From: Octopus sinensis | Taxonomy: Eukaryota | Assembly (NCBI RefSeq): GCF_006345805.1 | Contig: NC_043015.1 | Span: forward strand, 35,650,001 to 35,714,000 | Direction: 5' to 3' | Length of the DNA stretch: 64,000 nt | In this document: positions 1 through 13,600 of the stretch, piece after piece | Numbering within the stretch: position 1 is the stretch's first letter | How the letters are laid out: each line of letters opens with the position of its first letter | Position numbers and translations under genes: made by a program | Notes under the pieces: generated by a model | What the model saw: the letters and a program-made list of their open reading frames with translations, nothing else | What the model was told of the DNA's origin: nothing | Database searches by the model: none

Positions 1-822
1 ATCCAGTTCTGACATTCTTTTCCATGTGTCTGTGTGTCCGTATGTCTGAGCATATATTTACTCATTTTTTTAAAGATGTATACAGCCACCAGGAACATCT
101 GGCACTAACTCAAACCTCCTTTCCTTAGCCCAGTGTAACATCAAAGATATGCTTAAGGGGGAAAGGGCTACCAACTCTGCATTAATTTTAGTTGACTATA
201 TTGGAGCGAAATGAAATGAAATGCATTGCGCACAGACTATGAAAAGACGAAGCCCCACCACAAATGATCATAGCATGAATAAAAGTGAATAATTGGGAAG
301 ATATATTGTATATTTGTAGACATAAAGTCAATAATTGTTGAAGCCTTGGGTAACAGTTTCTAGAAGCGTAGTGTATGGTTATATAAGGAAATTGCACAAT
401 CATTGAAGGAAATCATATAAATATTGGAGAAAAAGGAAGAATGCTTCAATTATCACTGGTAAATGATTTTAAACATAAATATTGTATATAATTCAATGAA
501 AGATATTCGCCATGTCACAAACAACCAAATTTATATTAACAACGAAAATGACAAACAATCAGTGAGTAATAGAGAGGAAATAGGAAATATGTAAATTATT
601 GTTGTGATTAGACGAAACTATTTGATACATAATGGAATAACCGTCCTCTAATAAATATATACAAAGAGCAGCAGAGCCAAAATGGTAAGAACGATACAGT
701 GTCATAACATATACAGGAAATCAATATATGCTTTATGTATTTGTATATGTATCTACGTACTAATAGATTCATATATCCACCCATCCATATATAGGTACAT
801 ACATACATACAAACAAGCATAC

Positions 823-880
<58 letters not shown>

Positions 881-987
881 ATACGTACTTTTTGTATTTG
901 AGGTTTCAAATGGTTTCAACTAAAAAGATTTTCAAAATTCTTCAGGTTTGCCGCATGGAAGCGTTGGTAGTCCATTTGGATGAGACA

Positions 988-1030
<43 letters not shown>

Positions 1031-1538
1031 ATATATAGGTTGTTGAGGGTTAGACAAGAGAATCAACAAATAAAACAAGAGACCCGTATGATTCAATTAT
1101 GCATTGAGAAATGATGTGGCAAAGCTCACATCAAATATACCAATAAGCTGTTATATTATATTTCAGTCCAAGGCACAAAGCCACCACTAAAGTTTTGAGT
1201 TCAAAGCACAGAGCTGAATTTGTCAGCCGTTATTGGTTGAAAATGGAGTGTTGGAGATCGGAGCCCTCAATTTCCGGGGTTTATTCCAAATTCTCCAAAA
1301 TTTCGACCAAAACAAAAGGGAGGTCCCTCTTTTATCTTCGTATGTTGTTACCGTGTTTGCGCTGGTCGTAGTAGTAAGGCCAATAGGGTGATGGAGTGAT
1401 GTAGAGAAGAGAAATTAGTGGCTGAATGTTTTGCCGTCAATCTCCCATGGCTAATGTCTCTGATAGTCTCTGTTTACTAACTGGCTTCTCCTTGAGGCAT
1501 TTTAATATTTATAATTATCCAGAACAGCCAGAAAGCGA

Positions 1539-1849
1539 GACAACCGATGGTGGTGTGTTTACGTCCCCGTAACTTAGCGGTTCGGCAAAAGAGACCGATA
1601 CAATAAGTACTAGGTTTACAAATAATGAGTCCTGGGGTCGGTTTGCTCAACTAAAGGCACACGAACACACACACACATATATATATGCGACGGGCTTCTT
1701 TCAGTTTCCGTCTACCAAATCCACTCACAAGACTTTGGACGGTCCGAGGCTATAGTAGAAGACAATTGCCTAATGTGCCATGCAGTGGGACTGAACCCGG
1801 AACTATGTGGATAAAAGCAAGCTAGTTACTGCACAACCACTCCTGAGCC
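1539..1849. mobile_element. tRNA-derived SINE (family A), rearranged: 3' half on + (1539-1658), tRNA head/5' half on - (1688-1849)
   Basis: The minus strand reads ggctcaggagtggttgtgcagtaac...gttccgggttcagtcccactgc (A/B-box-like head). The + segment gacaaccgatggtggtgtgtttacgtccccgtaacttagcggttcggcaaaag matches the 3' part of the colinear copy at 63570-63950. Confidence 0.85.
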
Positions 1850-1924
1850 TATCTATCTATCTATCTATCTATATATATATATGTATGTATATTTATATAT
1901 AAATGTCTGCCTGTTTCTCTCACT

Positions 1925-1991
<67 letters not shown>

Positions 1992-2280
1992 CGTGTGTGT
2001 GTGTATGTGTAGTGTGCGAGTGTACATGTGTGAGTGCGTATGTGGATAAATAAAAAGTGTATATTAGAAAGATTAAAGTTTAAAAGTAGTAAACTTAACC
2101 GAAATTTAAAACTGAATGCATTTAATTTTTTGCGAAATTTACTAAAATAAGAGAGATAAAACATCGATACGGAACGAAACAGTTTTTGGGCTCTAAAATA
2201 AAATATTGAGTTTAGATACGAAAGTTTTCTTTCAACTGAATTAAATCTAGAAAGTTATATAAAAATTAAACCGCATGTAA

Positions 2281-2659
2281 ATGAAAAGACCGATCTTACG
2301 TTACAAGGATGTTTGCAAAAGGGATATGAAGGCCTGCAACATCAATAGGGAGGCAGTTGCCGGCAACCGTGGAGAATGGCGAGGTACAGTAAAAGAGGGA
2401 ATACAAAAGAGTGACAGAGAGAGAGAGGAGACATGGAAAGAAAGGAAGAGACGTAAACAAGAGACTATGGCACTACAACCAGCCAGGAACAGTCTTCGCT
2501 GCATTTGCGGTACCTGCCAGAAGGAGTGTTTGTCCAGGATAGGACTACACAGCCACAGCAGGAAATGTATCAGGACATGAAATATAAAAGCCGGACTAGA
2601 CTACTTCATGCGCAACTCCATTGTCTCCCGAGACAGAAAGGATGCCAATACAATACAAT
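2281..2659 (+). mobile_element. 5'-truncated RTE-clade LINE (ORF2 C-terminus plus 3' UTR)
   Basis: RPILRYKDVCKRDMKACNI...RGEWR...CGTCQKECLSRIGLHSHSRKC (RTE C-terminal motif and C2H2-like finger). The 3' UTR ends ...ggatgc followed by a short (CAATA)n tail. Confidence 0.9.
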
Positions 2660-3179
2660 CGAAACTGAGGAGAAATAAACTTTAGAGTTCAGACATAGAA
2701 TGCGTTAAGAAAGAGAAACTAATTTTGAAAAATAAGGTAGAGTAAAACAATGGAAATACATCGGCAGTTTCTTTCGTTGCTGCTCTTGGCATTTAGACAT
2801 TTACTGATCATTGAAAAGAGCAGGGAATAACAGGTTTTGACCGGAAACTATTTACTGAATAAAAATATATTAATTATCAGTAATAAGTCTCCATGTTTTA
2901 TTTTATATTATCGTTTCAAAATCTTACTCTCTAGTTTCAAACCCAGCTCTGGTGGGTTTTTCCTCTCTCCGCGGTCGGTAAAACAATTACCTGCCAAGAT
3001 CGATGGTCTCGACTGACTCTACTCCTCAAAAATGCTGACCAACACTTAATACGTTATATGAATCTTATATGTTTGATGAAAAGGCAAGATGGCGGAAGCG
3101 TTAGACTGTCGGGAATGATTAACTTCTCGCATATATACACACATATATAAATATTTGTGCGTGAGTGTGGGTGCGCATA

Positions 3180-3365
3180 CGTGGTGTCGCATTCAAGATC
3201 GTAAGATTGTGGTTTCCGTCCCTAGATCGGGTGATGCTTTGTTTTCTTGATCAATACACTATTCCACACGTTGGTCCAGTCCACTCAGCTGGCAAAAATG
3301 CGATGGGTCCGTGTCCCATCCAGTGGGAAGGAATATAAACGCTACAGAAGCCGGGAAACCAGACT
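3180..3365 (+). mobile_element. degraded tRNA-derived SINE
   Basis: Decayed tRNA-like head, then ccagtccactcagctg and gcgatgg...tcccatccag...gctacagaagccggg SINE body motifs. Confidence 0.55.
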
Positions 3366-3619
3366 CATCTGCTTCCATATATTTTGGAAGGATCTTTGAT
3401 CTTTTTACTTTTGATGTTGGAACATATGTACGTATATACAGGCATGTTCTTAACCATGTATTATCTATAAGTATATATATATATATACGCATGTCTGTAT
3501 AGGCACAAGTAAATTTCTGTCTGTCTACGCACGCGCGCGAACACATACATACACACAAATGTATGTATGAATATGTATGTCTACATTTGCATGCATCTTA
3601 GCATATATGCATTCAAAAC

Positions 3620-4800
3620 AATTATCCTCCTCCTCCTCATCATCATCATCGTCGTCGTCATCATTACGGCCACTAACGCCACCCTGACCAACATCACTTT
3701 TACGATTACAAACAGTTCCGTCTTCATAATGTAATCAACAGAACGAAACACACCCCAACCTCTTCCCAAACACCTACCTACAGGACCACCACCACCACCA
3801 CCACCTTCACATACCTCCATCACTACCCGCACAGCACCTCTACAACATCACCATCACGACACACCACTTCAACTCTGTAGCACATCAGCAGCAACACCAA
3901 AGTGGTTGTGTTGACCGCTAGAAATAACAAGGATATCTTTAAATTTCATTCTATCATCTTAAAACTAGAAGTTTTAGATTATGCGATTCTGATTTCCCTC
4001 TAACGATAAATATGAGAGTGTGGTCACGGATGGAGTGCATTTTTGGCAGAACTCTGCTGCATCGCATCAGACCTGGATTGTTAGAACAACAAAGACAATA
4101 ACAACAGCAAGAAACTGGACAATATTTTCCAGCAACAGCAAAAGAAGAAGATGACGACCAAGAAAAAAGAGAAAGAAGAAAACAAAGACGAAGAAGATGA
4201 AGAAGACGAAGAAGAAGATGAAGAAACTGTTAGTATTCGTAGCTGCAACACCATTGCAGACCACGCAATACTACAACAAAAACCATAACATAACTACGAA
4301 TGTTTTAGACATCGAACATAGGAAAAAAACCCTGAACCCACTGCTACCAACCCGAGCACCCACCCAACCACGGACAACAGCCATACAACCACCGATACAC
4401 AACCCACCCATACCGCACCACCATCACAACCTCCACTACTTTAGCCAATCCCCACAGCTAACGCTACACTCGTTTCTACTAGGGACAACTCTTTCCCGTA
4501 CCACAAATAACCTGCGACCAAACCTTCACTACTTACACTACTGCCGAAACTATAAACCTCACTAGCATCACCTAAAGCCATCACCGACGCCATCATGATG
4601 AAAATTAGCAACAACAGCAGCGGCAAAGGCAGTATCATCATCAACGTCACACCCCACCACAAAAAACACCACCATCACGACCTCCACCACAGCCACCACC
4701 ACCACCATCATCAATGCAATTACTCCATATAACATATCCAATTCTATTAAGCGAACTATCAACCAAAAACATAATAAAAGCGCCAACATAAAAAAAAAAA
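3620..4800. repeat. degenerate trinucleotide-rich region (CAC/CAA/GAA/CAT)
   Basis: Runs of cctcct, catcat, caccac, gaagaa and caacaa. Confidence 0.8.
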
Positions 4801-4899
4801 GAATAATGAAAAAATCCCCCAAAAAACTCCGTTTCTCACAATTGACAATACTTTATGGAATAGCGTTTTTTTTCTTTATTTTGGTATCGATATTGTATG

Positions 4900-5373
4900 T
4901 ACTTGTAAGTGTGTGTGTATATACACACAAGAACAAACACGTGCACACATCTATATGTATATGTACACACATATGTACGCATATGTATATATATATTTAT
5001 ATGTGTATATATGTATGTAAATCATTACATATAAGCATATTCATATATATGTGTGTGTGTGTGTACACATAGATGTATATTTATATCTGAATGTTTATAG
5101 GTGTATAAATCATACATATACAGGGACACACGCGCACACATGTGCATATGTGTGTATATGTATATATATGTGTGTGTGTATGTATATACATGTGTGCGTA
5201 TATATATGTATGTGCATATATATGTGTGTGCGTATAAATATGCGTCTGCGTATATGTGTGTATATATGTGTGTGTATATGTGTGTGTGTACATATGTGTG
5301 TGTGTACATATGCGTGTATATGTATGTTTATGTACATGTATACATACACACACGAGCGTGTGTGCGTGATTAG

Positions 5374-5410
<37 letters not shown>
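4900..5410. repeat. compound (TA)/(TG) microsatellite
   Basis: Directly visible. Confidence 0.95.
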
Positions 5411-5411
<1 letters not shown>

Positions 5412-6295
5412 ATATATTGAAACGCTCCATTTCTATGTTGCGAATTCTTATCTGAAGAAATCTTCTTGAAAAGACCCAATTAAGTTTGCTCTGTGAAAGA
5501 AATCTACAAGGATGTGTAGAAATCTATCCTAAGGATATCAAAATTACGCGTTTCAATACAATTCTAAAGGCGAATAATTCTTTGAGGGGAAAAAATATAC
5601 ATAAATCTAAAATCATTTGTTGCTGAAGATATTTTTGTTTTTTGAAATTCTAATGTCTGTGCTTTAGTGTGTGTGCGTGTGTATGTGAGAAGTTTGCGTA
5701 TGAATACGTGTACCTCTATGTTTGTGCATAAGTATGTGCGTACCTTCTAAGTATATATGTGTGTTTATGAGATTTTCTTTTTGTCCTCTCTCAGTACATG
5801 GATAATGTGTGTGTTTTTGAATGCTTGTTCTGTCCATGTGTGTGTGCGAGTGTGTGTGTTCATTTGTGATAATGTTTGTCCTGTGAGCAAGTTTACGAGG
5901 AAGTCTATGTACGTACATGGTGTATGCGCGTATGTCTGTCTGTGTGTGCGTGCATGTTTGTATATACGTTAACATAAAACAGTTCATTTTTGGCAGTTAT
6001 ATGTATACGGATCGGCGGGTGCAAATATAGGTACGAATGTACTTGCAAGCAATCGGAAATATACAAATATCTACACAGGGACATACAAACACAGAAACAC
6101 ACACACCAACAAGCAAATACAAACATTGGTATCGTTGAGCGTTTGCGCATATATAGGCATATCACAGGAAAGCCACACTTACACTCACACACACACACAC
6201 ACATACACACACACACGTGTTTTCCTAAAAGGAAGAAGATAGTTGCTAATATTCTTTCTACTATAGGCACAAGGCCCGAAATTTTGCGAGGGGGA

Positions 6296-7790
6296 ATCCC
6301 TGATGGACCGAACGTGCAATGTCGAAAGGTCTCGATAGATGCCTATTCACGCGAATTACCGAACAGATGCCTCTGTACAAAGCAGCCATCAATCCGCGGA
6401 AGACGGGACTGAAACCGGCTGCTATGAGGACAGCCTCCAAGAATCGATGGTCGACCCTATCGAAGGCTTTGGATTGATCCAAATTGATCAGGGCCCCACC
6501 CATGCCAGGTCCCTAACTCCCCTGTCAACGATGTAGCGCATCAGATGGCGACTGTCATAGATTACTCACAGTTGCACAAGTAGCACTGTGGCCTCCTGCC
6601 CTCCGCCACTACATACAACTTGTGTCCTGCTAATTCGATATTTGTTGGTAAGTTATTTATCGATTCTTGATCGATTTGCAACAAGATTTCGAGCTTTTTA
6701 CCTGCCCAGTTTACCTGCTGTTGAAGGACAGCAATTTCTAAAATATATTAGCTTCCTTCATTTCGAAACAGATGGCCGATAACAACCATTGCGTCTCTAC
6801 CTCTGGAGGCACATTTTTAATTGTTACTTTTGTTACTCTTTGCCCAAGATAGCTGGGTATCATTGTTAACTGATCTGTGCGCAGAGTGAGCGTCGGAAAT
6901 TGTTTCGCTAATTCTTCGCTGTGGAAGCGAACTTGAACAGTCTCAAAATTTATGCCACCAATTGATGTAATCCTTATGTGCCCACACAAGTCGAAGGCAC
7001 TTTTCAATATTTTTCTGCGTTGCGTTTTCTGTTTTTTTTTGTTTTTGTATTCAATATTTTGTATATGATTGTTTTTTTTTCTGTGTTTCTTCCAATATGT
7101 TCTGTGGGATGTTTAAATGTAAGGTTTCGCCTTCTTTGTAGAGTAGTGATTTAGTATCTTTTATTTGTTTGGTAGTGAACGATACAATATTGTTTTCTTG
7201 TCTTATCGCTTCAGCGAAATTTATTTTTGCTTTTTTGTGGTGGTGGTGGCAGAGGTGTCCGTTGTAGCAGTTGACGGAGAAACTGTAGTGGTAGTGTAGG
7301 TGTTTTCATTCTTTAAGGGCGACGATCTCGCTGTTGTTGCTGGTTGTTGTTGTTGTTGTTAAGCAACAAAACGTGGAAGGGTGATTAGGTGATGGTCTAG
7401 GGCTTAGGGGTGGGAGACGCCAGACCTTGGAAAAAAAACTTTGGTCGTCTTGTTGTAGTCGAGGGCTCTTCGTTGACGCCCGACACCACTATGAGGTGGC
7501 CCTCGAAGTCGCTGGAAATGAAGATCTCCAGGTCCAAATTCTTGAACGGGTGTCGTTGCTGGTGGCGGTAGCAGTGCTAGAATTCATGTTCACACTTGCT
7601 TGTGTGAGACTTCTCCACTTCTTTCCTCCTTCATGAAGCTGTGGTGAAGGCAGTGTAAGGAAATCAACGTAAAACGAGACCGGCGTTCGTTGCAAAACCG
7701 TCTTCATGGCTTGAAGACGCCATCCTCAAAACAAATAATGGCCAAGAAAGCCGAAAACCAATTCACAGAATCGGGATACACGCTACACAG
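6296..7790 (-). mobile_element. Tx1/L1-clade LINE with large internal deletion: 5' end plus ORF1 fused to an RT fragment
   Basis: ORF1-like PSYLGQRVTKVTIKNVPPEV, then after a stop/frameshift ...LYVVAEGRRPQCYLC (start of a zinc knuckle), joined at ~6565 to RT sequence IYDSRHLMRYIVD...ALINLDQSKAFDRVDHRFL...RSVHQG. Probable ORF1 start near 7723 (MASSSHEDGF). Confidence 0.85.
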
Positions 7791-8509
7791 GGCAGGTTAC
7801 CCGTGCTAACAATTTGCACAATCAAATGTATTAGTCGTTGCACAACTTACATAAAAAATATTATACAATACACATGTTTTGAACGCAAAAAAGCAAACTT
7901 ACTACGAGTCGATGTGACTTTCGTCCGTAAGAAGGGAAGAAAGAGATAGATAGAAAGATAGACACACACACATGAAAGAGCTCAATGTGATTATGGGCGA
8001 AAGGGAATGCTAGATGTGATGCAGCAAGCTATTAATATAGAAGGATGCGAACCCAATTTGAAAAATACATGCGGTAATTGGGCTGTAAGCTCACCCTGAA
8101 GCTTCAAGTTCAATCCCCACAGGATGTGGTATTTAAATAAGAGCTGGACTATATCTAAAAATCGATATATATATGTGGTCAAGTTTCCCATAAAATCTCA
8201 GGAAAAAACAGGCTGAAACACTTCCGCTCGACGTGTTTCCACTTAACACATACATACATACATAAACATACACAAATACATACATACATAAACATACACA
8301 CGCACACACACAAATATATATCAGTATGCGTGTGTGTATGTTTATATATATATATATATATAAACACATACACACATATACACACACATATGTGTATATA
8401 TGTGTATCTATGTTTGTGTGACTGTTTTCTCGTACATATTTGTCAACTCATATTCCAGTGACCTGGCTTAGCTCCTAGATTTGATCAATTCTACATCCGT
8501 CATTATTTA

Positions 8510-8700
8510 AAGCAGAGCTACGAATTGTTCACCGATCCGAAAACAACAGTTTCAACTGATATTTAAGGATAGTTTGGGTCCAGTGATTACCAATGATGCA
8601 TTCAAACTCCCTGATTTGCTACCTATCAAAGATAAATTAGCAAGCCGCGTGGTCCTTCAATACACATCTTCTTTCAGCTACATTTAAAACAAATCCGCAC
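8510..8700 (+). mobile_element. possible highly decayed Penelope-like element remnant
   Basis: Reading SRATNCS...FQLIFK...LPIKDKLASRVVLQYTSSFSYI* loosely resembles the PLE thumb (RA..ICS) and the GIY-YIG start (KD...S.VVY..YIG). Confidence 0.3.
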
Positions 8701-9661
8701 CATAAATGTTGGTCTTTGTGTTTCTGAGAAGGACTTTTAGTATGCTACTATATAATTCAGCTGCCTATTCGTCGATGTTCTTCAGATTCTTATAAATCTT
8801 AACATCAAATTCCTCATACAGATTCTGTTATATTAATTCTCTTTATTTGTGACTTAAAGGTTTTTCCTTCTTATTCTTGTCTTCAATCTAATCCTCGACG
8901 ACCTTACATCTTTACCCAACGATCCAAAACCATTTCGTAGTGTATTCACCAAGAACTGTCATTCTAAGCTTTGAATCTTTACGAAATGCATTCAGCTGGA
9001 GATTCCTGTGTTTAGCAGAGCGTTTTCAGCGTAATTTGACACAATGGATCCTCATGAAGGGAAGTTATCTTTCCGATTAAGGAGAACAATGGAAAATACG
9101 ATTTAATTTTCAAAATCGATTGTTGAAAATGGTTGGCGTTAATGAATACCATTCGACAAAGAAACCCACTTTCTGGCTGACTGCAACTTCAATAATAGTG
9201 CCAAGAAATTAACGGAATTAGTCCCTTACAATATTCATCAAAGTTTAAATTAAAATAAAATGGCAGACAATAAGTTTATAAGATAAGTTAAACTCTTTAT
9301 TTCATTGTAATGAAAGAAGTTTACTAAGTCTTCACAAAAGCCAAATAGCATCCGACGTTACAACATTACGAAGTGTGTGACAGGCTGGAATGTACAAATT
9401 GAATGTTATCGGAAATTTAGCGCTGAAATATTTCAACTGTAGTCACAGATATCGAGTTGAGAAAAGCACCCGCTCGTTTTAGGATAATTAGGATTTCAAT
9501 ATTACAATATATGTAGTTTTGTATGTTTATAATGAACGTATCAAATCTATCTATCTGTCGAGAAAGAGAGAGAGAAAGAGAGAGAGACAGAGAGAAAAGA
9601 AGCTGAGTTAATCAATATGGTTCTAGTATTAATAGATCGTCTTATACGTACAGCGGTCAAG

Positions 9662-9912
9662 CAACCACTTCTGGCGTCCTACGCACTAATGTGCCTTGAT
9701 TCTATAGAATCCTTATAAGCAAATAATATGAGTGCGTGTGTGTATAAATTCATATATTTATATATATAAATTTATACACACACATGCACACATTATTTGG
9801 TTATTATATATATGTATGTATGAATTTATACACACAAACGCACACATAAATATCAGGCTAATAAGGATTCTATGGAATCAAGGCACGTCACGCAGGACGC
9901 CAGAAGTGGTTG
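9662..9912. mobile_element. MITE-like fold-back element with ~60-90 bp terminal inverted repeats
   Basis: caaccacttctggcgtcct...gtgccttgattctatagaatccttat pairs with ataaggattctatggaatcaaggcac...aggacgccagaagtggttg. Confidence 0.8.
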
Positions 9913-10294
9913 GTAGGAAAATTTAGATACGCAAGTACCAAACCCACTTTAAACCGTGGACCCAGGCTTAGGGTTGGTCTTTGGTGTGGCGTAGCTATAA
10001 AATTAAACAGATATGACATTTAAATTTTACGACTGTCGTTGTTAATGAATTCATAAAAGATTACCTGCATTGCATGTAAAAGTATTAACCATGTCTGCGG
10101 TATTCGAACGCTACTGCGGCTGTAAGCTCCATAGCTGTGCGAACCACTACCGAGGAGCGATCTCACAACACACCAGAATTTAAATTTCACCTTACTCTCA
10201 ATATTCCGGAGATGGAGATTGAGAGAGAGGGTGAGAGTTAGAGTGAGAGGAAAAAAGTGCTTGAGTGGCTATCCGTTTTATGAAATATCCTTTG

Positions 10295-10392
10295 CCCCGT
10301 TTCCCGAGCCACCGTGAACCCCGTTTCCCGAGCCACCATGAACCCCGTTTCCCGAGCCACCATGAACCCCGTTTCCCGAGCCACCATGAACC
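10295..10392. repeat. 24-bp GC-rich tandem repeat x4 (ccccgtttcccgagccaccatgaa)
   Basis: Four near-identical copies, one with an a>g change. Confidence 0.95.
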
Positions 10393-11139
10393 TATATACA
10401 CTTGCTAAAATAATCTCCAGGAAAAAAAATTTAAGTCTATTTATATATTATTACAAAAAATTAATTACCTCCCGTCCTCTAAGATCCGTTATGCATATTT
10501 TTTGTGCGTTCTGGAAAAGTGAATCCATTATCGATCGACGAGTCCAATATATCAATAATTTATTGATTGAGTGCAGTTTAATAACAAAAGATCGTAAAAA
10601 AAATGAGGAAACAGAGACGGAAGCGGCAAAATAATTGACTTAAATCGGACGCTTTGTGTACTTTAATGAGAAAATCAATAGAGTGACTGCAATCTATTAA
10701 AAACTTATTAAAAGTTACAACGATCTATTAATACGAGAACCATATTAATTTCCACAGTCTTTCTCTCTTTAGATATCTGCCTATCGACTCAATCTGTCTG
10801 TCTATCTATCAATTAATGAATCAATCAAATCAATCTATATATCAGTCTATCTATCAAACTCGGGAGCAAAAATATAAAAAAAAACGTGAGTTCACGAAGT
10901 AAACCTCTCTTCAAGGCAGAGCTAGAAATGCAATTGTCAAGTAGGCAAGACGTTTTAAGCAGGAACGATATATTCAAAAGTGATAAAACTAAAAGTTGCC
11001 GAGCATGAATTAAAATTTAGTTCTTGAGATCTTGTCCACGGACAAACAAACAAACTCGACTGAAAACATTAGCTCCGCCTTAGCAAAGGTGGAGGTAATA
11101 ATAATAATCCTTTCTGTATTGGCCACAAGGTGGTATCGT

Positions 11140-11358
11140 AGCGTCGGCGTATATCGGCGCATCATTAGCCAGGGCATGACCAGTCCTCCACTCAGAGGCT
11201 GCTGACAGAAAATGGATCGTGTAACGAATGGAATACGTCCCCTTCTGCAGAAAATGGAAGAGCAAGCGCTCCAGCTTGATCAGCCGCAAAGCAGGGCAAG
11301 GGACGATGGTCAAGCGGTAATTGACGAAAGCGATATACGCATTCGCCGCCTCCACCTG
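11140..11358 (-). mobile_element. Tx1/L1-clade ORF2 fragment (post-RT region)
   Basis: NAYIAFVNYRLTIVPCPALRLIKLERLLFHFL..G matches the L1/Tx1 YRL..VPCP...LF.FLW.G pattern. Confidence 0.75.
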
Positions 11359-12030
11359 ACATTATTGATGATTCGACGCTTTTGATTGATCCAAATTTAC
11401 TAGGGCTGGATCTATGTCATTTTCCTTCTCTGCCACCTGAAACTGTGAGGTGGTGGTGGGGAACTAGTCGGTGCCATTGACACAATGCTTGATTGGGACT
11501 CATTTTATCGACACTGGAAGGCAGGTGGCATTAAAGCAGAAATAGCAAACACTTCAGCTTGACGATAAGGCCCATAGGAATCGACGTTGATGGATGCAGG
11601 AAGTACTTTGTAATAAACTAAAAACAAAGTCTCCAAGAAATACCACAGATATTAAAAATAAATAAAATGTAACTCAAAACGGAGACGCGTATGCAACCTG
11701 TAGCAAAAGATTGAAGACAAGTGCAGGCATTTTAAGAAGTTCACATTGCAATTAGCTAAGTTTCGGATTGGATTTTATTGCTCGATAACATCGGTACGTC
11801 TCCTGTGTGAATGAGGTTTAGCAGTGAAAAACGTCGTGTTGTGTTGTATGTCAGGTACTGCATGGCTGGTATCCAAAGATAGAGACTGTCAAAAGAATAA
11901 AGGAAATATAAAGACTACGTGCACACGAACACAACCATACACATACACACAAATTTCAATGTACATATGTACGTATCTGTCGGGCTATATATAATAGTCT
12001 ATCTACCTCCTTATATATATTGTGTGCATC

Positions 12031-12087
<57 letters not shown>

Positions 12088-13039
12088 TGTTAAACACTTT
12101 CTGTATGCAAATTAGGGACACCTTCATAGAATAACTGCTGCATTTGTTGAATATATAAACAGCTTAGCTAGGCTCTCGGTATGATGTAGACGCTTCAGAT
12201 CAGACCCCATAAGGTTCGAATATCGATTAAGGTTGTTAAGCATTTATATATATGGGGCTCTCATCAGAGGCGTCTCCACCATTCTGACAGTCTCCAGAGA
12301 AACAAGCAGCCTTATATGTACATATCTATTTGTGTAAGTATGTGTGTATGCTCGTGCAACTGTCCAAATTCCTCATACCTAGTAAACCACAGACGTGTAA
12401 ATAACATTTTATAAAGTATAAGCATATGAAAATTTGCTTATATATATACAAGCAAATTTATATATGCTTATACCTTATCAAATATTATTCACACGTCTAT
12501 GGTCTACTAGGTAAGAAGAATTTGGACATTTGTACACTCACATATATACCTACACAAATGGATATGCATATATGTATATATAAGTGTGTGCGTGCTTGTG
12601 TGTGTGTGTGTGTACCCATGTGTGTATAATACTATATACACACACATATAAATGAATTTTTGGCATGCATATATTTCTTCTTAGTATTATTGTTAATCTG
12701 AAAATCCAAACAGATATCTCTTTCGAAAGAACTCTAGACAGATTCTGTTCCTGGAAACAAAGAATTCCTTTTGACACTCGGCAGTTTTGCAAGTTAGCAG
12801 CAATCAATCACAGACTGAAAGATTCTATAGACCATTTCTACATGACCAGACATACGAAGGTCCATTAATCATGATCTGATTCTGGAGAGATGGACAGAAA
12901 TTTCGATCGATTCGGCATTAGTGGCCGAATGTCGTCCCGTCAAAAGATTTCCCTACCCCACCCCACACAACCGGCATTCTGCTTTCCACTTCATCTTTTC
13001 CCTTTTCTTGTGCTCTCGATTTTCTTCATTTTTACCTCA

Positions 13040-13600
13040 TTCAGCGATCACTACCACTACTACTACTCCCACCACCACCACCACTACTACCATCTCCACA
13101 ACAATCAACACAACAATAACCCCCAATACCACAACTTATACAACCACCACCACCACCATTACTACTTCTGTATCTATCAAAATGACTACTATCATCACCG
13201 CCTCCAACACCACCACCATCATCACCACCAAAACTACCACTTCTAGAACTACTGGTACTACAACCACGATTACAATCACAATTAACAACAACTACTACTA
13301 CTACTACTACTACTACTGCTGCTACTGCTGCTACTCTCGCCTTCCTCCTCAATCTTGAATCTCACCGCCATTGCCACAGCTTCCACTATTTCTTTGTTGT
13401 TCATAAAAAAATCATCTCTTAGTACCACACCCCCACCAAACACCAACATGATATTAACCCCGGATTTACCCCCCCCCCCACCACCAATCACAGCTTCGAT
13501 CCTACCATGCTCTCACACTATATCCTCACCAACCATATCCCGAACTAGGTCTCATACTCTGCCTCCATCAATGTTCATAGCAGTCCCTATCTAACAAGAG
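13040..13600. repeat. (ACC)/(ACT) trinucleotide-rich low-complexity tract
   Basis: Directly visible. Confidence 0.85.

Noticed and set aside
5445-5655. CTGAAGA...GAAA pairs (also 920-950 on minus, 23442, 52835-52880)
   Set aside because: Stems I-III do not form convincingly, and such matches are expected by chance in AT-rich DNA.
10295-10392. 24-bp repeat as a CRISPR array
   Set aside because: There are no spacers or cas genes, and the context is eukaryotic.
12921-13358. Thr-rich 145-aa ORF resembling a mucin
   Set aside because: It is the translation of degenerate (ACC)/(ACT) repeats, all frames are low complexity, and there are no splice or signal features.
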